From the human T2T-CHM13v2.0 reference genome, Homo sapiens, in assembly GCF_009914755.1 (NCBI RefSeq), contig NC_060926.1: a stretch of DNA of 64,000 nucleotides. The stretch is one strand, 5' to 3'. The notes under the pieces are model-generated. The model made no database searches. It was not told where the DNA came from and was given only the letters and a program-made list of their open reading frames with translations. Each line of letters begins with the position of its first letter. Position 1 is the first letter of the stretch. Shown piece by piece: positions 56,090 to 64,000 of this stretch. Made by a program: the position numbers and the translations under genes.

Positions 56090-57129
56090 GTGGGTAGGAG
56101 GTGGGGCCTACGGGCAGGAGTTCAGAGTTCTTTTTTTGTTTTCTGTCCTTACACCATGTTACTTTCCCATTGTAATCCGCTTCCTGTGTTTTCTGAAAAC
56201 TGGCATTCTTGTGCTGAATTGCTTTTGTTAGCCATTCTTAGCATATCCTTAGTAGCAAGAACTATTTAACACCGCACTGTAAACACCATACCTCTCACAG
56301 GGAGAGCAAGGACAAGCCATTCATATTTCTTTTCAAAAGCTCATAGACCCACAGGGCTGAAAGAGACCTTGGAAGACATCTAGATTCAGTGCTTCGATTC
56401 CCTCTATGAGATCTCTCTGAAGGGCTTGTATACCTTCAGCGGGAGGAAAGTCACTGCCTTCCAAGGCCACCAATTTTTTTTTTTTTTGAGACAGCTTCTA
56501 TTTTAGATAAGTTCTTGTGTGTTTTGTGTGCAGCAAACATGTGTCTCTGGGTATAATCCAAGACAGGTTCTCATTCTGTACTTTTAACAGAATAATTGAT
56601 TTTTTTCTTATGTTCTCATAGAAGCATAAATTTAGTCCCTCTTTGATCTGCACTGTATTTCAGGTATTCAATGATATCTGTTAGTTACCACCACAAATTT
56701 ATTTTCAGTTACTTTTAGCCAAAGGAGAAAAAAATTATTCATGTTTGTTGTTCCTTAATATACTGGATAAAAATGCTATAAACAAATAGTTTATATCAGT
56801 ATGATCTATCATCTAACAATGGGTAAAATTCATCCATTCTGATCAACTAAACTAAGTCAGTGTTAGACAGAAGTTAAATCCTAATCTCAGCCTTAAGGAA
56901 GCCAGTTATAATTCACATTTTCTACAATCTTTAATATTTTCCACACATCATATGGCCTTAGTAGCTTCAGTAGTCCCATGAGAGCTGAGACTAGCTTTGA
57001 GACTATAAGTTAAATATTTTCAAAAACTACAGCTGTTATTGTGGTCATGATTGAAGTAATAGTATAACTGTCTAACTGGTATTGTAGGTTAATGTAGGGA
57101 GAACTAAGACATTGCTTTCATTTTATTAG

Positions 57130-57398
57130 TGCGATCTCAGATCTCCACCATCACAGTTGCGACCTTCAATACCACTTTGGCGTCATTCAACGTAGGCTAT
57201 GCAGACTTTTTCAATGAGCATATGAGGAAACTCTGCAACCAGGTGCCTATCCCGGAGATGCCACATGAACCTCTGGCATGTGCTAACCTACCTCGAAGCC
57301 TCACAGACTCCTGCATAAACTACAGCTACCTAGAGGACACAGAACATATTGACGGGACCAATAACTTTGTCCACAAGAATGGAATGCTTGATCTTTCT
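57130..57398 (+). CDS. UNC80: UNC80 coding exon 12 (269 nt)
   Basis: ttattag|TG acceptor, TCT|gtaaga donor; (V)RSQISTITVATFNTT...KNGMLDLS. Confidence 0.95.
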
Positions 57399-58447
57399 GT
57401 AAGAAGCAAGAATTTTTCTTACCAAAGTTAGACAGATATTAATTATTTGGTGCATTTTTGCAATGTTATATAAAATGGGCATATAGATTCTTAGAAATAT
57501 CAAACCTTGAAATGAAAAAGCCACCCACTGAAAAAAATTCACCAATGTTTCAACCATCATAGGTGCACCTTACTTTTTTTTCAAGCATTGCATTAGATTT
57601 GATCTGATCTCAGAATATTTTTATAATCCAAAACCATTAGTGAATCCTGAATATACATATATAAATACACATACGTGTGTGTTTAATAAGTCTGTTATGT
57701 CTAGAATGAGGGCAAAAAAATTCTTCACTTATTTTATTTTGGTATTAACAAGACTACAAACCTCCTGTGTAACCAGAAAAAAATGAATAGAAATTCTTAA
57801 AAGTTTTAAGCTTGCATTCTCAAGAGTGCCTGTCTCAAGTATAGTTATTAGCAAATGAAGGGGTTGTTGTATTTTACAATTATATTTCACAAAATTTTAT
57901 TGCACATTAGGAATCCTGGCTTAGCAAATAATTTACAATATTAAAACCAATAAAGGAACATAATTTAAACATGCAAATATTTTGTACTTTAAATGAAATA
58001 TGAATAATGATACAGTCATGAACGAGCAAAAGGAAATCATTGTTCTTTATCCATTATTAGTAATGAATGAAAGACAGGAGATTAAAACATTTTTATTTTA
58101 AAAAATCAATAGAACAAGTTTCCATTTGGACAAATAGTTACTCTCTCATTAACTCACTGTGCTTCAATATCCCCATTAACTGTTGATATCATAGCATGTT
58201 TTGGAAGATGTACATGAGATAATACATGTATATATTTTTAATACTTTGGGTGACTTACACGCTCTATTAAGTAAATACACAAGATTCCACAGCAACTTTT
58301 ATAGGAAAATTTGACAGTTGTCTAAATTATTTCTACCCAATTTCATAGACTAGCCTAAGGAAATGGGTTAAACAGAATAATCAGATCTCTTTAGGAAGAG
58401 GGAGTGCAGGTAACTTAATCATGCTGTGTTTATCTTGTTTTCCTCAG

Positions 58448-58816
58448 GTAGTTCTGAAGGCTGTTTATCTTGTCCTTAATCATGACATCAGCTCTCGTAT
58501 CTGTGACGTGGCGCTAAACATTGTGGAATGCTTGCTTCAACTTGGTGTGGTGCCCTGTGTAGAAAAGAATAGAAAGAAGAGTGAAAACAAGGAAAATGAG
58601 ACCTTGGAAAAGAGGCCAAGTGAGGGAGCTTTCCAATTCAAAGGAGTATCTGGAAGTTCCACCTGTGGATTCGGAGGCCCTGCTGTTAGTGGAGCTGGAG
58701 ATGGTGGAGGAGAAGAAGGAGGAGGTGGAGATGGAGGAGGTGGAGGAGGTGATGGAGGAGGAGGTGGAGGAGGTGGAGGCGGCCCTTATGAGAAGAATGA
58801 TAAGAACCAAGAGAAG
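58448..58816 (+). CDS. UNC80: UNC80 coding exon 13 (369 nt), includes glycine-rich tract; gene continues beyond the window
   Basis: tcctcag|GTA acceptor, AAG|gtatga donor; VVLKAVYLVLNHDISS...GGGGGPYEKNDKNQEK; cumulative CDS is 2331 nt with no stop. Confidence 0.95.
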
Positions 58817-59164
58817 GTATGACTGAACCACCTTATGTGTCCTCATGAAATGTCATACCTAATTTCTTTCTAAAGCTTGCTTGCCAGCAGTTTATTGAAT
58901 CTGAACAGCACCTAGTCACTAGAGCAAAAAAGTGGAGAGTGGAGAAATCTCTTCATTAGGTTCTCAGTAGGCATTAGCAGAAACAGTTGAATGCAACTGT
59001 ACTCTAAATCCAATATCTATTGCCATCCAAGCAGTGTTAGAGCTAATTCTCTAGTCGTTATTTCTGCAAGAGAACATTTCAGTTATGCTATGTTGCCATA
59101 ATTCTCAGTCTGACGCCAAGTATAACCTTTCTGAAAACTTTCAGACTCTGACCTAATTGAAGAA

Positions 59165-59566
59165 TGTCTTAGTCTCCTCAAGCTGCCATAACAAAATACC
59201 ATAGACTGAGTGGCTTAAACAATAGAAATTTATTTCTCATGGTTCTGGAGGCTGGGAAGTCCAAGTGCTGTCAGGTTTAGTTTTATTCTGAAGCCTCTTC
59301 TCTTGCCTTGTAGGTGACCACTGTCTTATTGTGTTCTCATGTGGCCTCTTCTTTGTGCATGCAGAGAAAGCAAAAGAGAGAGAGCAAAAGAGCTTCCTTG
59401 TGTTTCTTCTTATATGGGCCCAATCCCACTAGACCAGGCCCCACCATCATGACCTCACTTAACCCTAATTACCTCCCAAAGACCCATCTTCAAATACCAT
59501 CGGATTGAGGGATTACAGCTTCAATATGTGAATTTTGCTAATACACAAATATTCAGCCCATAACAA
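59165..59566 (-). mobile_element. MLT1A-type LTR (antisense)
   Basis: gctgccataacaaaataccatagactgagtggcttaaacaa...acaaatattcagcccataaca. Confidence 0.8.
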
Positions 59567-61994
59567 GCAATATAATTTTTCCTCAATGTAAAATTATTTC
59601 TTTTAAGTAACACATTTTTGGCAGCCAGCTTCAACCACAGTTAAGGGGAAAGCAAGAGAAGAATTTTGCTTGATTAGTTTGTGTTGGTTTGAAGTGGGAC
59701 TAACTCTCCTAGCCTCATTCAGCCCTCTCATGTCTCAATGTGGCACATCCCCATGGCTTTAGTCTTTCTATTATTAATTGTTCCTAAATTTAATTCCCTC
59801 TGCCTTGTCAACATCTGGTATATGATTTCTTAACATCAAGAATTGGTTTTCTTTTTTAATTTTAAATACAAATTACTACAGCTTAAATTCACATAACTTA
59901 CACTAATCTCAATTTATGGTTTCAGCTAGGAAATGATATTCAGAAATTGAAATCAACAAGAGATTTTAATCTCTAACAAATACTCTACACATCATGTCAA
60001 GTGTTTACACATGTGAAGTTATACTGTGTAGAGTTCTAGATATATACCATCTAGATATATATTGTATAAACTATAAATTGTCCATTTTTCTTACATGTTA
60101 TCATATTTTCACATCTGAGCAAGCGTTGCAATACTCCTTCCTCTTTCACAATTTCTTCCTCATTTCTTTCGAGTCCCACTTGACACATGTTTAATATGCA
60201 TTTATCATCTGGTTTCTTCATTTTATTGTTTACTCTTTTCTTCCCAATATTTGTGGACTCTGATCCAAATATCCTTGCTCCGATAATCTTGGTTGTTGAG
60301 CCTTTTCTATACGATTTTCTTCTCTTGCCTTGAATGTATTAATCATAAGGCAATTCTAACAAACTATTGGATTTTAAGTTTCCCAACACCTTAGCACCTT
60401 ATCTATCACTGAGGACAATGCAAGGAACTTCAGATCTGACTGTAAATGAAAATTATCTAAATAATGGTATAGATCACAAGAGATTTGATTGCATATGCTA
60501 AGATCTAAAGAATCATTCAGTGATCAGTTACTTAGGAATTAACAAACAAATACAAGTTATAAGGCCCAAATTTATAAACACAGAAACTGGTGAGATTCTT
60601 ACTGAATTTCCATTTTTTACATATCAACTCTGTCTGGACAAAGAGATTAGAAGTGGTGTTTTGCCCATTATAATATTCAAGGGAAATTAGAAACCAAAAA
60701 AAAGAGAATATTATGAAATATTGATAAGCTTTTATCAGCAAAGCTTAGATGTTCCAACTAAACTGATAGGTTTTGTATGTATGCTAAAGATCTCTGAGGT
60801 TTATAATTAGTGTTTTGTTTTCATTTTTGCTTTTCCTTTTTTAGCTTTGAAATTTTATCCAAGTGGCATTTTAACCACATTTTTATTGAAAACCTACAAG
60901 TATCTTGACTATTTAGCACCTAGGTATTATCTAGACTATATAGCTTGATGTAATAGATGTTATTTTGACCAGAGTTATCACTTTTGATCAGTATGGGATT
61001 TTTAAAGTCAGATTATGTGGTCTCCAATACAGCCACCAAGATAGATATGTTTTATAGTTAGTTACCAAAATAATATTCTTTTTAGTACAAATAATTTATA
61101 AAATAAAACCTGATGGTGGGTCAAATGCCTTCTTTCTGTGATTCACACTGGTTTGTTCTGCCCCAAACCCATCTGTTATCTTCAGTGGAATCAGAAGGTT
61201 TATCTAATTTTGCAACTTAGTAATAACAGAAGCATAGGAATTGATTAAGATAGAAAGGAAGATCTAATTTCCATTTCTATATTTGCCACAACTTGTACTG
61301 AGAGCTTGGAATGTTATTTAATATCTTCAATTTTTTTGCCTGTAAGTTGCTACATCTTTCTGAATGTCTCCTATGAAAGCAACCTGAATCCCAAGGACAT
61401 CTGAAGGTCTAAAGAAATAAAAACCTGAATAGATATTTACAAAGAGCTTCCAGAGCTAGAAAAGTTTTAAAGGAGCTTATAATAATTTTAAAATATGTGT
61501 AAACCAGTCTTCCAAATAAGCCCTTGCTCAGGATGACCTTTTCTGAGGCACTGCTGCATAAGGCTTTGTAGCCTTTACAGAGCCCTCTACACAAAGGCCC
61601 TTGACGAAGGAAGCCAGTGAGGATTGAAATCCAGTCCAACCTCTGCTTTCGGAACCACTCACCAAAGGATTACTACCATTCAGAGGGTTCATCTTCTTCT
61701 AATTCTCCACCTAGAGGGGTGCCTTTTCTAATTTGCATAAAGGTGCTCCAGAGGAAAGCAGCGCCCCACACATAAAAATAATTAATTTTATCATTATTTT
61801 AATTAATAATTATTTTTGCTATTATTAATAATAATAATTAGTTTTTCTATTATTATATGCCTTTCATGTTTTGACTCTAATTCTCACAACTCTATGAAAT
61901 AGATATTATGATTCCAATTTTGTAAGGCACAGGTAGGTTAAGTAGTTTGTCCAAGGTTATATAGTTAGTAAATGTTGAAGCTAAAATCGGAATT

Positions 61995-62340
61995 CAAACT
62001 AAAAATCCAAAAATCTGAAATCTAAAATGCTCCAAGATCTGAAACTTTTTGAGCTCCAACATGAAGCCACAAGTAGAAAATTCCATACCTGACCTCATGT
62101 GACAAGTCACAGATAAAATGCAGTCAAAACTTTATTTCATGCACAAAATTATTAAATTATATAAAATTATCTTCAGCTTGTGTATATAAGGCCTATGTGA
62201 AGCATACATGAATTTTGTGTTTAGACTTGGGTCCTATTCCCATCTCATTATATATATGCAAATATTCGAAAATCTGAAAAAATCTGAAATCCAAAATACT
62301 TCTAGTCCAAGCATTTTGAATAAGGATAGTCAACCTATAT
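61995..62340 (+). mobile_element. Tigger4-family (Zombi/MER46) DNA transposon
   Basis: aaatccaaaaatctgaaatctaaaatgctcc...ccaagcattttgaataaggatagtcaacct. Confidence 0.75.
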
Positions 62341-64000
62341 ACATACAGTTCTGTTGATAAGTTTGAGTCTTCTGTTTGCAACCTTCTGAGCTGTCTTAAG
62401 TAGGGGTCCCTGGAAACAGGCTCCAATATGAAGATATGCGTGCAGGCAATTTACTGGAGTGTCTTCTCAGCATTAACCTCTGTTAGGTATGAAGAAGCAG
62501 CATGGGGCATAGGGAGAAATTGAACTGCAGTGTAGTTGTAATAGAGGCCTAAGCTAATCACAGAGGGCTTTGAAGCTGGGATGGCTCTTTAAGTAGTCCC
62601 CAGGTGAGGCAAAGAGACCTTTTTAGCAAACACACCCCAGGTCCCTTTATGGCCCTGTCCAGTCATTAGAGGTAGACTGCCTCCAGGAGGAGAGTATAAT
62701 GTTGGGTGAGGCAGCTCTCTAGCTGTGGCCTTCAGAGGCACTCATCTGAGGGCAGTGAGCCATCAGCACTTGGAATAGCTCAGAGAATGAATGCTGCAGT
62801 GCCAAGGGGAATATCTGGAGTTCAGCACCACCTCCACTACAAGAGCTTACAGATAAGAAAAGGGGGACCAACTCGATAACATTAGGGGAGGAGAAAGTCA
62901 ACCTTATCATAGTAAGGCCCATGCTAATGTATAGATAAGCCCCTATTCCTTCCATACCATGCGCACATTTGAGTACTTATATCTGGTTCCAAAGTTTATG
63001 CGTCAACCCAATCATGTGGCTATGGAAAAGTCCCTTACAATTTGCAGAACAATTCTCATCCATTATTTAATTTGCTCTGCATAGTAAACCTATGAAGTAG
63101 GAAGGGCAGCTATTAGAATCCTAAATTCACAGGTAAGGAAACAAAAACACAAAGAGATTAGTTAACTTATCTAACATCATATGTGGTTAAGGAACAGACA
63201 CTGGAATCCCAGGTTTGTGGTGTGTGTGCTGATGGTGGAATGTGGTAGAAGGACTGAGACAGGCTGCAGCTTCCCAAAGAAAGTGACTCTTCCACACTGG
63301 GCTCTGCATCATTCCTTAGCAACTGCTTCCTTATGCTTCTTTGGAAATAATTCAAGGAAGTTCCTTTTTTGGAAGCCATGTTTTCCACTAACAACAAAGA
63401 TTAAATTGGGCAAAAGATAGGATGATATCAATTCTCATGATTCATCTCAGGGGGCCTTCCTATTTAGCCTTAAGGGAAGAATCAAGCTGAACGTGTTTAT
63501 AAAGTTCTGTATATTCTCACCTTGTTTGTGCATATGTATTATAATACAGTGAAAGTATACAATTAGAAATAAAAGCCCTCAAAAATGTCAGAAGTTGCCA
63601 TGAAATTTCGAAGCTCCAGACTTTGATCAGTTGCAGAAACTTGGCAGTAATCCTTTCCTGGTGTATCAGAAGCCTACTGATGAGGGTAGTTTCTAATAAA
63701 ACTTATTCGCTTTCATCACTGATAGTCTGCACTGTCTCTCTTTAGGTGGTTGTCTAACAGCAGTCAAGGATATAAAAGCATGTCTTCTAACAGAGAAGTC
63801 TATACTTATATTCTCTAGCAACAGAGGGTGTTCAAAATACGTAGATTTTTTTCTTTTAAATCATAGACTAAATTTTAGAAAACTGAGCGTGTTTGTTGAG
63901 CCCGTTACAATTCTGTTTTCCAAATTGCAGGTGCTCCCTGTAAAACATATAAACTTGATTTAATCATACAATAGAATCTTAGCAAAAGGACCTCAGTGAC

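Noticed and set aside
62821-62829. TTCAGCACC REST half-site
   Set aside because: No GGACAG partner nearby and it lies in probable LTR-derived sequence.
63725-63940. Acceptor-like sites (ctctctttag| at about 63744, aattgcag| at 63930) as UNC80 exon 14
   Set aside because: Downstream sequence does not give a recognisable UNC80 continuation; exon 14 appears to be outside the window.

Overview
Primate (sequence matches human as I recall it) genomic DNA covering about 10 kb of upstream sequence, the CpG-island promoter and the first 13 coding exons of UNC80 (NALCN channel complex subunit) on the + strand. The exons join through canonical GT-AG sites into one open frame of 2331 nt (777 codons), and the gene continues past the window end. 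The 19.7-kb intron 7 contains a full-length sense-oriented THE1A provirus, a 4.5-kb antisense L1PA fragment, several Alus and a processed SNAI1 retrocopy (SNAI1P1). The retrocopy has an intact 258-codon ORF, appears to have captured the parental core promoter, and shares one target-site-duplication pair with an Alu in front of it. The rest is ordinary interspersed repeat. I see no wholly new biological system. The best leads are the SNAI1 retrogene architecture, a split-spacer REST site and uORF/G4 cluster at the UNC80 promoter, and DUX4-type motifs in intron 7. Repeat subfamily names and comparisons to parental SNAI1 are from memory, not from searches.
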